This document shows, in pieces, positions 9,232 through 19,595 of a stretch of 64,000 nucleotides of DNA. Location of the stretch: the NCBI GenBank assembly GCA_021296325.1, contig JAGWAR010000002.1:65459-129458 (forward strand), given 5' to 3'. Position 1 is the first letter of the stretch. Every line of letters begins with the position of its first letter. A program made the translations under genes and the position numbers. The notes below the pieces were generated by a model. It was not told where the DNA came from and ran no database searches. It saw only the letters and a list, made by a program, of their open reading frames with translations. Origin of the DNA: Alphaproteobacteria bacterium. GTDB taxonomy: Bacteria > Pseudomonadota > Alphaproteobacteria > GCA-2746255.

Positions 9232-9277
9232 GGCCCGGACCTTGCCGAGCAGGCCTGATTCCGTTAAGGGAAGCCGC

Positions 9278-11089
9278 ATGCGCAGGGGGCCGGTCACCCA
9301 TAAAGCAACGTTGGCGGTCTGGACGGGAAGGAATTTCCTTGCCGTTCTCGCCCTTGTTCTCGTCGGGCTTCATCCCGGCGCGGGCGCCCTTCGGGCGGCG
9401 CCGGTGAAAGCGGGCGAGGTGGTGGTGGTGCCGGTGCTGTCGGACGAGGACCAGCAGCGTTACCGGGAAATCTTCGCCCTTCAGGAAGCGGGCGAGTGGA
9501 ACGCCGCCGACCGGCAGATCAAACAACTCAAAAACCGGGTGCTCGTCGGCCATCTGCTGGCCCAGCGCTACCTGCATCCGACGGCCTACCGTTCGAAGTT
9601 CGACGAGCTTCGCCGCTGGCTCGACGACTACGCCGACCACCCGGACGCCGGGCGTATCTATCGCCTGGCCCTTCGCCGCAAACCCGCGGGCGGGCGGGCG
9701 CCAAAGCGGCCCGTCGGCACCTATATCACCGGCCTTGAACGGCTGGGCGAAACGGAGGAAGGCGCCATCGCCTCGCCGCTGAAGACCTCGCGCGCCGTGC
9801 GCAAATTGCAAGGGCGGGTCCATTACTGGCTGCGCAGGGGCTACACGAAGCGCGCCGAAGGGATCCTCGAGGAAGGCCGCAAGACCCGCGGGGTGAACGA
9901 TACGGCCTACGACATCCTGCAGGCCGACGTCGCCGCCGGCTACCTGAGCAAGGGCAGGGTCGAGCAGGCCTATGCCCTGGTGCTCAAGAGCATCGAGCGT
10001 TCCGGCACGGCCGTGCCGGATGCCTATTGGACGGCAGGCCGTGCCGCCTGGCGGTTGGGTCGGTTCGACGCGGCGGGCGACCATTTTCAGGTGCTGGCCT
10101 CGATCGAGGGCATTTCCCCGGACCTGACGACGGCCGGCGCCTATTGGGCGGCGAGGAACGAGTTGATTCACCGCCGGCCGCAAAACGTCACGTACTGGCT
10201 CGACCGCGCCGCCCGGCATCCGCAAACCTTTTACGGCATCCTCGCCCGCCGGGCGCTGGGCCTGCGGCACGACTACCGGTGGGAAGCGCCGAAACTTACC
10301 CGCGACGACGTCGGGCGCATCGAAGCAATGACGCGCGGCGTGCGGGCCCTGGCGCTGCTGGAGGTCGGTCAGCGCTACCGGGCGGAACGGGAATTGCGCG
10401 CCGTCGCCGCCGATCCCGAACTCACCCGCCCGGTGCTGGCGCTGGCCAGCCATTTCGGGCTGCCATCCCTTTCCGTGCGGCTTTCCGGCCTGCTCAGCGA
10501 CGGCGAAGGCCATCCCGGCGTGGCCTATCCGATCCCGCCCTGGACCCCGGAGAAGGGCTATGCGGTCGATCGCGCGCTGCTTTACGCGATCATGCATCAG
10601 GAATCGCTGTTCAACATCCGCGCCAAGAGTCCGGCCGGCGCGCGCGGTCTCATGCAGCTTCTGCCCGGAACCGCCAATCTGATGGTGCGCGGGCGGCCCT
10701 TTTCGGGCATTCGCCGCGACCGGTTGTTTCAGCCGGAATTGAACCTCGAGATCGGGCAGAAATTCGTGCTGCACCTTCTCAAGAACCAACAGATTCAGGG
10801 CAATCTGTTCCTGCTGACGGCCTCCTACAATGCGGGCCTGAGCCGCGTCACCGGCTGGCAGCGCAAGATGATGCCGAAGGACGACGATGCGCTTCTGTTC
10901 ATCGAAAGCCTGCCTTCGAAGGAAACGCGAATTTTCGTGAAGCGCGTTTTCCGCAATCTCTGGATCTATCGCGAACGGTTGAACCAAGCGGCGCCGTCGC
11001 TTGACGCGATCCTGGGCGGCGCATGGCCGGTCTATGTCGCCCTTGACGGCACGGAAAAAGAGACCCAGGTGGCGGAGCATGACGATTGA
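9278..11089 (+). CDS. Soluble lytic transglycosylase (SLT domain)
   Basis: Signal-like N-terminus; IMHQESLF, GARGLMQLLPGTA, ASYNAG, FIESLP-ETR motifs. Start uncertain. Confidence 0.9.
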   Translation: MRRGPVTHKATLAVWTGRNFLAVLALVLVGLHPGAGALRAAPVKAGEVVVVPVLSDEDQQRYREIFALQEAGEWNAADRQIKQLKNRVLVGHLLAQRYLHPTAYRSKFDELRRWLDDYADHPDAGRIYRLALRRKPAGGRAPKRPVGTYITGLERLGETEEGAIASPLKTSRAVRKLQGRVHYWLRRGYTKRAEGILEEGRKTRGVNDTAYDILQADVAAGYLSKGRVEQAYALVLKSIERSGTAVPDAYWTAGRAAWRLGRFDAAGDHFQVLASIEGISPDLTTAGAYWAARNELIHRRPQNVTYWLDRAARHPQTFYGILARRALGLRHDYRWEAPKLTRDDVGRIEAMTRGVRALALLEVGQRYRAERELRAVAADPELTRPVLALASHFGLPSLSVRLSGLLSDGEGHPGVAYPIPPWTPEKGYAVDRALLYAIMHQESLFNIRAKSPAGARGLMQLLPGTANLMVRGRPFSGIRRDRLFQPELNLEIGQKFVLHLLKNQQIQGNLFLLTASYNAGLSRVTGWQRKMMPKDDDALLFIESLPSKETRIFVKRVFRNLWIYRERLNQAAPSLDAILGGAWPVYVALDGTEKETQVAEHDD

Positions 11090-11606
11090 TGAATCAAAAC
11101 CGTTTGTCCCCGTCAACGTCGCGGTACTGACCGTATCGGACACCCGCAGCGCGGCGGACGACAAATCCGGGAACGTACTGGCCGAACGTATCACCGAAGC
11201 CGGCCACCACCTGATCGACCGCGCCATCGTCAAGGACACCGCGGAGGCGATCACCGCGAAGCTGCGCGAATGGATCGCCAACCAGGAAGTGGATTGCGTC
11301 ATCGCCACCGGCGGCACCGGGTTGACGGGCCGTGACGTGACGCCGGAGGCCTTTCGTTCGGTCTATGAAAAAGAGATCGAGGGCTTCGGCGAATTGTTCC
11401 GGCAATTGAGCTTTGAAAAGATCGGTACTTCGACCATCCAGTCGCGCGCCACGGGCGGGGTTGCCAACGGCACGTTCCTGTTTGCATTGCCGGGCTCGCC
11501 CGGCGCCTGCAAGGACGGCTGGGACGGCATCCTCCGCCACCAGATGGACAGCCGTTTGCGGCCCTGCAATTTCGTCGAGCTGATGCCGCGCCTGAAAGAG
11601 CGCTAG
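11079..11606 (+). CDS. moaB: Molybdenum cofactor biosynthesis protein B
   Basis: VLTVSDTR, TGGTGLTGRDVTPEA, ALPGSPGACKDGWD, RPCNFVE. Confidence 0.93.
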   Translation: MTIDESKPFVPVNVAVLTVSDTRSAADDKSGNVLAERITEAGHHLIDRAIVKDTAEAITAKLREWIANQEVDCVIATGGTGLTGRDVTPEAFRSVYEKEIEGFGELFRQLSFEKIGTSTIQSRATGGVANGTFLFALPGSPGACKDGWDGILRHQMDSRLRPCNFVELMPRLKER

Positions 11607-12247
11607 GCCGCACCCTTCCTTTGCCGCCAGCGGCGGTAATCCGCCTCGTCATCCACGTCGTCGCGAGTCGCGATACGGGCAATCCGCCAATCCGGTTTCA
11701 GATTGCCAAGCGTGTCGGCCAGGGCGTGGGGCGAGGACCAGCGCACCCGCCGGAAGGGATGAAAGGGCGGCAGGAGACGCCGAAAGCCGACCAGCCAGTA
11801 GCCGCCATCCCCGGCCGGGCCGAAGACGGCGTCGTGATCGCCAAGCGCGCGGAAGGCGGCCTGGATGTCGCGCAACGAAACGGAAGGCACGTCCGCCCCC
11901 ATGAGGACGATCGGCCCCCTGGGCAGCGTTCGAAAGACGCGGCCCATGCGCGCGCCGAGACCGCCGGCGCCCTGGGGGATGACCCGCGCCGGGCCTGCCT
12001 GCGGCCAGACCTGGGGGATGCCGCCCGCCCCATCCGGCGTGATCGCAAGCCAGAGGCGAACGCGCGGGTCGCGGCGGCATTTCGAAAGCAGGCTGGCCGT
12101 CGTCTCCCGGTGAAAGCGAAGGGCGGGCACGGGCCCGATTCCCCGGGCGAGCCGTTGCTTGCCAAGGCCGAGACGCGGCGCGCGCGTAAAGAGAACGAGG
12201 TGACGGTCCGGCCCGCGGCGGCGCTTGCGTGCCCGGTGCCGTTTCAT
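11603..12247 (-). CDS. DUF2064 / TIGR04282-type transferase
   Basis: LFTRAPRLGLGKQRLA, QGAGGLGARM, GADVP, FGPAGDGGYWLVG, DDVDD. ATG overlaps the upstream stop (ATGA). Confidence 0.85.
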   Translation of the reverse strand: MKRHRARKRRRGPDRHLVLFTRAPRLGLGKQRLARGIGPVPALRFHRETTASLLSKCRRDPRVRLWLAITPDGAGGIPQVWPQAGPARVIPQGAGGLGARMGRVFRTLPRGPIVLMGADVPSVSLRDIQAAFRALGDHDAVFGPAGDGGYWLVGFRRLLPPFHPFRRVRWSSPHALADTLGNLKPDWRIARIATRDDVDDEADYRRWRQRKGAA

Positions 12248-12939
12248 CCGTAAAGCCGGCGCAGGCGTTCGGTCGAAACGCCGAGGAAATAAAGGGCAAG
12301 GCAGAAGAGGTTGCGCAACGGGCGGCGCCAGTACCCTTCCTTGTCGTAGCGTTCGGCCGAGGTCGGCAGCGGCGCATCGAGCAGGACGAGCCGGGCCTTG
12401 CCAAGGCGGCGCACGATCTCGATGTCCTCCATGATCGGGATCGGGGAAAAACCGCCGATCTCGTCGTAAAGGGCGCGCGAAAGCAAAAGCCCCTGATCCC
12501 CGTAAGGAAGCCCCAGCACCCGGCTGCGCCAGGCCACCAGGCGTTCGATCCGCCGCGCCGCCGGTTTCCCGCTTGCCAGCGCAAAGCGAAAGCAGGCCGC
12601 CAGGTGGTAGTGGTCCGGTTCGTCCATGAAGGCCTTGGCAGCGACGGCCCATTCCGGCCCGGGCGCGGTGTCGGCGTGCAGGAAGAACAGCCATTCTCCC
12701 CTTGCCGCCGCCGCCCCAGCGCACAGCTGTGCGCCGCGTCCGGGCGTGGCCACGGAAAGGACGGTGGCGCCGTGACGCCTTGCCAGCGCGGCCGTGTCGT
12801 CGGTCGAGCCGCCATCGGCGACGACGCATTCATGGTCGAAGGCCGAGCCGGCCTTTTCGATCGCCGTCAGGGTCCGGCCAAGATGGGCCGCCGCGTTGCG
12901 GGTGGGAAGCACGATGCTGAGCAAGGGGTTCTGCGGCAT
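12244..12939 (-). CDS. GT2 glycosyltransferase, TIGR04283-type
   Basis: VADGGSTD, GRGAQL-GA, LFFLHADT, LPYGDQGLL, IMEDIE. Confidence 0.88.
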   Translation of the reverse strand: MPQNPLLSIVLPTRNAAAHLGRTLTAIEKAGSAFDHECVVADGGSTDDTAALARRHGATVLSVATPGRGAQLCAGAAAARGEWLFFLHADTAPGPEWAVAAKAFMDEPDHYHLAACFRFALASGKPAARRIERLVAWRSRVLGLPYGDQGLLLSRALYDEIGGFSPIPIMEDIEIVRRLGKARLVLLDAPLPTSAERYDKEGYWRRPLRNLFCLALYFLGVSTERLRRLYG

Positions 12940-13022
12940 GGGACGACGGGTCCAATTTTTCGCCTGTTTAGCACAGAAGCCAGGGCCTGCCATGCCCCGG
13001 CTGCCGAGGGCCGCCGATAAAT

Positions 13023-13037
13023 GTTCTTGATTTGTTC
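13023..13037. promoter_or_regulatory. Alphaproteobacterial LexA (SOS) box
   Basis: Exact GTTC-N7-GTTC (GTTCttgatttGTTC), 27 bp upstream of the radical SAM ATG. Confidence 0.8.
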
Positions 13038-13064
13038 TAACCTGCCGCCTAGCCTTCCGCCATC

Positions 13065-14153
13065 ATGGTCGACCTGCTTCCCGATCGTCCCCGCAAGGGC
13101 CGCGGCGCCGTCAGCAACCCGACCGGGCGCTTCGAGGCGGCCGTGCGGTTTGCCGTGGCCGACGGCTGGACGGAGGAACGGGAGCCGGAGGAAGCGGGGC
13201 CGCTGCGCACCCGGGTCACCATCGATGCGACGCGTTCGATCCTCACCCGCAACAACTCGCCGGACATTCCCTTCAACCGTTCGATCAATCCCTATCGCGG
13301 CTGCGAGCATGGCTGCATCTATTGCTTCGCCCGCCCAACCCACGCCTATCTCGGCCTTTCCCCCGGCCTGGATTTCGAAAGCCGGCTGTTTGCGAAACCG
13401 AACGCGCCCGAATTGCTGGCCGCGGAACTGCGCAAGCCCGGCTATCGCTGCGAGGTGCTGGCCCTTGGCATGAACACGGACTGCTACCAGCCGATCGAAC
13501 GGCGTTACGAGATCACCCGCAAGATTCTGGAAACGCTGGCCGCCTTCGGCCAGCCGGTGAACCTGGTGACGAAATCGACGCTGGTGCTGCGCGACCTCGA
13601 CATCCTGGGCGAGATGGCGGCGCGGCGCCTGGTCAAGGTGTTCGTGTCGGTGACGAGCCTGAGGCCGGAGATCGCGCGCACGCTGGAGCCGCGCGCCCCC
13701 CACCCGAAGCACCGTATCGAGACGATCCGGAGACTGGCCGAGGCAGGCGTGCCGGCCGGCGTCATGACGGCGCCGGTCATTCCCTTTCTCACCGACCCGG
13801 AAATGGAAAAAATTCTGAAGACGGCGGCGAAGGCCGGCGCCAAGGAGGCCGGGTACGTGGCCTTGCGCCTTCCCCGCGAGGTTGCGCCCTTGTTCCGCGA
13901 ATGGCTGGAGGCCAACGCCCCCGGCAAGGCGAACCACGTGATGAGCCTGGTCCAGGGCATGCGCGGCGGCAAGGATTACGATTCCCGTTTCTTCATCCGC
14001 CGCCGCGGCATCGGAAACTACGCGGAACTTCTCGCCAAGCGGTTCAAGCTCGCCTGCCGGCGGCTGGGGCTGAACGAAAAGGCGATCGCGCTTGACTGCA
14101 GCCGGTTCCGCCCGCCACCGGGCGTAGGCGCGCAGCTCGATCTCTTTTCCTGA
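13065..14153 (+). CDS. PA0069-family radical SAM protein (SplB-like, DNA repair associated)
   Basis: KGRGAVSN, SINPYRGCEHGCIYCFAR CxxxCxxC, TDCYQPIE, LEPRAP, C-terminal QLDLF clamp-binding-like motif. Confidence 0.9.
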   Translation: MVDLLPDRPRKGRGAVSNPTGRFEAAVRFAVADGWTEEREPEEAGPLRTRVTIDATRSILTRNNSPDIPFNRSINPYRGCEHGCIYCFARPTHAYLGLSPGLDFESRLFAKPNAPELLAAELRKPGYRCEVLALGMNTDCYQPIERRYEITRKILETLAAFGQPVNLVTKSTLVLRDLDILGEMAARRLVKVFVSVTSLRPEIARTLEPRAPHPKHRIETIRRLAEAGVPAGVMTAPVIPFLTDPEMEKILKTAAKAGAKEAGYVALRLPREVAPLFREWLEANAPGKANHVMSLVQGMRGGKDYDSRFFIRRRGIGNYAELLAKRFKLACRRLGLNEKAIALDCSRFRPPPGVGAQLDLFS

Positions 14154-14801
14154 AGGCAATCCGTGCTAGGGTCTGGCCGACGGGAATCTTCACGGGCCAT
14201 TTGCCGTGCCGGACTTTGCCCTGGAAATGGAAGTGCCCGGCCCGGTCGCCGGGATCGACGAGGTGGGCCGCGGGCCGCTGGCCGGGCCCGTGCTGGCTGC
14301 TGCCGTCATCCTGAAGCCGGAAGACTTTCCGAAACATCTGCATGGCGAGGTCCGGGATTCGAAAACGCTGTCGGCAGGCAAGCGCGAAGCGGTCCTGAAG
14401 GCGCTGCTGCCCATCAGCCGCATCGGCATCGGAGCGGCGAGCGTGCGCGAGATCGACCGCCTCAACATCCTGAACGCCACCTTTCTGGCCATGGCCCGCG
14501 CCGTGCAGGCGCTGCAGCTTGAACCGGCGCTGGCGCTGGTCGACGGCAACCGAGCGCCCGCCCTTGCCTGCCCGGTCCGCACCGTCGTCGGCGGCGAAAT
14601 GGTGAGCCTTTCCATCGCAGCCGCCTCCATCGTCGCCAAGGTGACGCGGGACCGACTGATGGTGCGGCTGGGCCGGCGCCATCCCGGCTATGGCTGGGAG
14701 CGGAACGCCGGCTACGGCACGGCGGCCCATCGGGAGGCCCTGCTCAGCCTGGGGGTGACCCCACATCATCGGTTGAGCTTCCGCCCCATCCCCCAGATCT
14801 T

Positions 14802-15975
<1,174 letters not shown>

Positions 15976-16040
15976 AAACGGGCGGCGTCGCCCACAACCA
16001 ATCCACAGATATAATTTATATATTTCAAGTGGTTATTCAC

Positions 16041-16067
16041 TTATCCACAATTTAAATCTTTGTTAAC
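16041..16067. promoter_or_regulatory. Perfect DnaA box adjacent to a perfect CtrA box in an AT-rich patch
   Basis: TTATCCACA at 16041-16049; TTAA-atctttg-TTAAC at 16052-16067. Confidence 0.7.
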
Positions 16068-16350
16068 CAATAATCCTTCTAATAACACCTCTAAAAGTTG
16101 AACCGCGCAGTAAAGGTTGAACCTAATACGTGTGAGCGCACAGGAACGTTCTGGGGAAACGGCGAAAACGCCAGGGGGGACCAAGATTCCTTAGAACGAC
16201 GGCCGGCCGGAAAGGAACCAGGCCATGCGAAATGCGAGATCCATCCCCCCACTGCCGCCGCCACCCGCGGCGCACGCGCCGGCGAAACGATCACGCCGGA
16301 CGGATCCGCGACCAAAAGCCACCACAATCACAGGAGAGACGGTTTCGCGT

Positions 16351-17187
16351 TTGGCGAACCGTAAAGAGAACGTGAAGTACAACACCCATCCACACATCCT
16401 CGTCGCCGACGACAACGTGGCGATGCAGGATGCCGTGCTGACCATCCTGCGCGTCGCCGGTTTCGATCCGGACGGCGTCGACAATGGCGAGGCCGCCATC
16501 GAGGCGGTCAAGCAGGCAGATTACGATCTCGTCCTGATGGATGTCGACATGCCGAAGCTGAACGGCATCGATGCGACGAAAGCCATTCGGGCGCTGCCGA
16601 ACGGAAAAAGCCGGGTTCCCATTCTCGCCTTCAGCGGCAGCGTCACGCCATACGACCGGGAACGCTTCTACCAAGCCGGCATGGACGGTTTTGCCGCCAA
16701 GCCCATCGCCGCCAGGGAGCTGGTCACTCTGGTCGAGCACTGGACCCACCCCGAACCACGGACGAAAGCGACGCCAAGGAAGTCCGACCTGCCACTGATC
16801 GAGCCGATGACGCTGGCCGATCTGGAGGCGATGATCGGGATCGACCTGCTGCTCGAGATACTCGTGCTGTTCGACGAAACCGCCTGTCGCCATGCCGACG
16901 GCATGCGCGCCGCGGTGAAGGAAAAGGACGCTGCCCGGCTTGCCCGGGACGCCCATGACTTGAAAAGCATCGCCGGCAATTGCGGGTTTACCCGGTTAAG
17001 CCGTCACGCCGCCACCATCGAGACGGCCTGCAAGAACGGCGAGGCCGACCGCGCCTTCGCATGGGCCCGCGAGGTGGACGGCATGCTTGCCGAATCGCGG
17101 GCATGCCTGCTTGCCACCTACCCCGGCATCCAGGCGAAATACGCAACCAGCGCGCAAGGCTCACGCGCGGCGGCCCAGGGCAACTGA
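16351..17187 (+). CDS. Receiver domain-Hpt fusion protein
   Basis: ILVADDN, DLVLMDVDMPKLNG, FAAKP receiver motifs; AHDLKSIAGNCG Hpt motif. Start uncertain (16225 ATG, 16351 TTG or 16372 GTG). Confidence 0.85.
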   Translation: MANRKENVKYNTHPHILVADDNVAMQDAVLTILRVAGFDPDGVDNGEAAIEAVKQADYDLVLMDVDMPKLNGIDATKAIRALPNGKSRVPILAFSGSVTPYDRERFYQAGMDGFAAKPIAARELVTLVEHWTHPEPRTKATPRKSDLPLIEPMTLADLEAMIGIDLLLEILVLFDETACRHADGMRAAVKEKDAARLARDAHDLKSIAGNCGFTRLSRHAATIETACKNGEADRAFAWAREVDGMLAESRACLLATYPGIQAKYATSAQGSRAAAQGN

Positions 17188-18294
17188 TTCCACTTCGAGA
17201 ACGTGGCGGGTGAGCTTCCGCATCGCGGAAGGCAGTGCGTAGTCGCCAAACCGTTCCGGCCGGCACCAGACCGCGTTCTCAAGCGGGCGGGTCCGGCCCC
17301 GCGTCTCGGCCGCCACGATCTGAAGCTCCAGCCGAAAATGGGAAAATTCGTGCCGGACCGTTCCCGGCAACAGCCGCTGGCGGCACAGCTTGGCCGGCGG
17401 CAGAGGCGTTTCCTTCAGCGCCTCCGCCAGCGTCCATGCGCCCGGACGCCAGTCGGTGGAGGGGATTTCCATCATACCGCCGAGCAGGCCCCGTTCCGGG
17501 CGGCGGCGCAGCAACACGGCGCCATCGCCGCGCCGGAGCCAGAAGGCGATGCCGTGCCGGGTGGGACGCGTCGCCTTGCGCTGGCGTTTGGGCAGTGTGG
17601 TGGCGATCCCCTGCTTCCGCGCCTCGCAGGCGAAGGCCCAGGGGCAGGCGTCGCAGGCCGGGTTCGCCGGCCGGCAGACGGCGCCGCCGAGTTCCATGAT
17701 GGCGTGGGCGTAATCGCCGGGGCGGTGGGCGGGGGTCAGCGTCGCGGCAAGTTCGCGGATCGCGACCTTCGCCTTGGGCAACGGGTCCGTCACCGCGAAG
17801 AGGCGGGCGATTACGCGTTCGACATTGCCATCGACGACGGTGGCCGGCTTGCCAAAGGCAATGGCGGCAATGGCGGCAGCGCTATAGGGGCCGATGCCGG
17901 GAAGCTGGCGTAGCCCCGCTTCGTCCTCAGGGAAGCGGCCGGCGAACTCGTCCCGAACGAGGCGGGCCGCCCGGTGCAAATTGCGCGCCCGGCTGTAATA
18001 GCCGAGGCCCTGCCAAGCATGGAGTACGGCGTCCAGCTCGGCGGCGGCGAGGTCCTCGAGCCGCGGCCAACGGGCGGTGAATTCCCGGAAATAGGGCTCG
18101 ACGGTGGCGGCCTGGGTCTGCTGCAGCATCACCTCGGCAAGCCAAACCCGGTAGGGGTCCGTTGGTTCGCCCGTCTCCGCCCGCCACAGGAAGGAACGGT
18201 GCCCGCGGTCGTACCAGGCGAGAAGCGCCGACACCAAACGGGCCGGGTCGGTCTCCGGGCGCTTGCGCGGCGCCTTGCGCTTGCCTGCCATCAC
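17161..18294 (-). CDS. mutY: A/G-specific adenine glycosylase
   Basis: EVMLQQT, WQGLGYYSRARNL, LPGIGPYSA HhH, VDGNV, C-x6-C-x2-C-x5-C. Confidence 0.95.
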   Translation of the reverse strand: MMAGKRKAPRKRPETDPARLVSALLAWYDRGHRSFLWRAETGEPTDPYRVWLAEVMLQQTQAATVEPYFREFTARWPRLEDLAAAELDAVLHAWQGLGYYSRARNLHRAARLVRDEFAGRFPEDEAGLRQLPGIGPYSAAAIAAIAFGKPATVVDGNVERVIARLFAVTDPLPKAKVAIRELAATLTPAHRPGDYAHAIMELGGAVCRPANPACDACPWAFACEARKQGIATTLPKRQRKATRPTRHGIAFWLRRGDGAVLLRRRPERGLLGGMMEIPSTDWRPGAWTLAEALKETPLPPAKLCRQRLLPGTVRHEFSHFRLELQIVAAETRGRTRPLENAVWCRPERFGDYALPSAMRKLTRHVLEVESVALGRRA

Positions 18295-18402
18295 CCGGTT
18301 TCCCCGCGTCTCATCGATTGCCCGTCCCCCGCTTCGGGCCTAGCATAGGGATGCAACCGGCCCATCGCCAAGGCCGGATCATGGTTCAGGGAAACGCTTG
18401 CG

Positions 18403-18870
18403 ATGTCTGCCGAACGCCGGGGAACCCGATCCCTCGCCCAACTTGTCCCGCACATCACCCGAAGGGCGCTTGGCCGCCGCGGCGCCGCCGTCGCCGGGCT
18501 GGTTTCGAAATGGCCGGACATCGTGGGGCCGGCCATCGCCCGGGCCAGCCTGCCCAGGAAACTGATCTTCCCGAAGGGCGAGCGCAGCGGCGGCACGCTG
18601 CAGATCGCCGTCGCCGGCAGCCTGGCCGTCGAACTGCAGCATCTGGAGCCGCAGGTGCTGGAGCGGATCAACGGATTCCTCGGCTATGCCGCCGTCAAGC
18701 GGCTGCGGCTCGTTCAGGACATGACGGTGGCAACCGGGAAGGCGCCGGCACCGGAAAAGGGGACGGATGCGGCGGACGGTTCGGAGGACGCGACGCTCGA
18801 CGGCGCGCTCGACCGGCTGGGGAAAGCCGTGCGCAGGGCGACGGCAGCCGACGCGACCAAGAAAAGGTAG
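18403..18870 (+). CDS. DUF721 / DciA-family protein
   Basis: WPDIVG, GTLQIAV, ELQH-EPQVLERINGFLGY; conserved mutY-DUF721-dsbA-smc order. Confidence 0.8.
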   Translation: MSAERRGTRSLAQLVPHITRRALGRRGAAVAGLVSKWPDIVGPAIARASLPRKLIFPKGERSGGTLQIAVAGSLAVELQHLEPQVLERINGFLGYAAVKRLRLVQDMTVATGKAPAPEKGTDAADGSEDATLDGALDRLGKAVRRATAADATKKR

Positions 18871-18904
18871 GGGGCCGACCCAGGAACCTCGCCCGATGCG
18901 CAGC

Positions 18905-18933
18905 TTGCCGGCCCCTTCCCCCACCCCTATACT
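18905..18933 (+). promoter_or_regulatory. Putative promoter of dsbA-smc
   Basis: TTGCCG, 17-bp spacer, TATACT; also fits the CTTG...CCCTAT RpoH-like pattern. Confidence 0.5.
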
Positions 18934-18943
18934 GCCCCGCAGC

Positions 18944-19594
18944 ATGCCATATCTTGTGGATCTAGGGCGTCTAGCTCGCCATATCCTGTTTTTTCTGGCC
19001 CTTGTCCTGCCGGTGGCGGCCTGCGATTCGGAGAGCGGCACCAACGGCACCATGGATCAGGCACCGGGGCCGGTACGGGCGCTGGGCGCGGAGGACGCGC
19101 CGGTCACGATCATCGATTACTCGTCGCTGACCTGCCCGCATTGCGCGCAGTTCCACACCGATATCCTGCCGGAGCTGAAGAAGAAGTACATCGACACCGG
19201 AAAGGTGCGACTGGTTTACCGCAATTTTCCCCTCGACAACGTCGCCCACAAGGCGGCAATGCTGGTGAGTTGCGCGCCGGAGGGGAAATATTTTCAGCTT
19301 CTCGACCTGCTGTTCGCACGCCAGCGTCAATGGGCGACGTCGGAGGATCCCCGTAGCGCCCTCATGAACCTTGGCAAAATGGTCGGCATCGACGAAAGGC
19401 GTTTCGACGCCTGCATCAACGATACGGAACTGGGCAATCTGATTCTGGAAGAACGCGTCTATGGCGACAAGACATACAAGATCCGTTCGACGCCCACTTT
19501 CGTCATTCGCGGCGAAAACCATGTCGGCGCGCTGCCCATTGAGGATTTCGATGCTATCCTGGCGCCTCTGTTGAGCGAATCCGGAGCAAACTGA
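18944..19594 (+). CDS. DsbA-family thiol-disulfide oxidoreductase (lipoprotein)
   Basis: Lipobox VAAC, SLTCPHCA CxxC, STPTF cis-Pro motif. Start uncertain. Confidence 0.88.
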   Translation: MPYLVDLGRLARHILFFLALVLPVAACDSESGTNGTMDQAPGPVRALGAEDAPVTIIDYSSLTCPHCAQFHTDILPELKKKYIDTGKVRLVYRNFPLDNVAHKAAMLVSCAPEGKYFQLLDLLFARQRQWATSEDPRSALMNLGKMVGIDERRFDACINDTELGNLILEERVYGDKTYKIRSTPTFVIRGENHVGALPIEDFDAILAPLLSESGAN

Positions 19595-19595
19595 A

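Noticed and set aside
2149..9267. GTTAA CtrA half-sites upstream of the 2166 and 2799 genes and slt
   Set aside because: Half-sites only, with no TTAA-N7-TTAA spacing; too short to support a call.
15990..16130. Firm oriC call
   Set aside because: Only one perfect DnaA box, none of the usual origin-flanking genes (hemE, dnaA, parAB), and GC skew cannot be assessed; kept as a hypothesis only.
16140..16225. c-di-GMP-I (GEMM) riboswitch-like GGAAAC...GAAA hairpin
   Set aside because: Lacks the conserved GGCAAAC/GACGCAAAG core and second stem; resemblance too weak without an Infernal scan.
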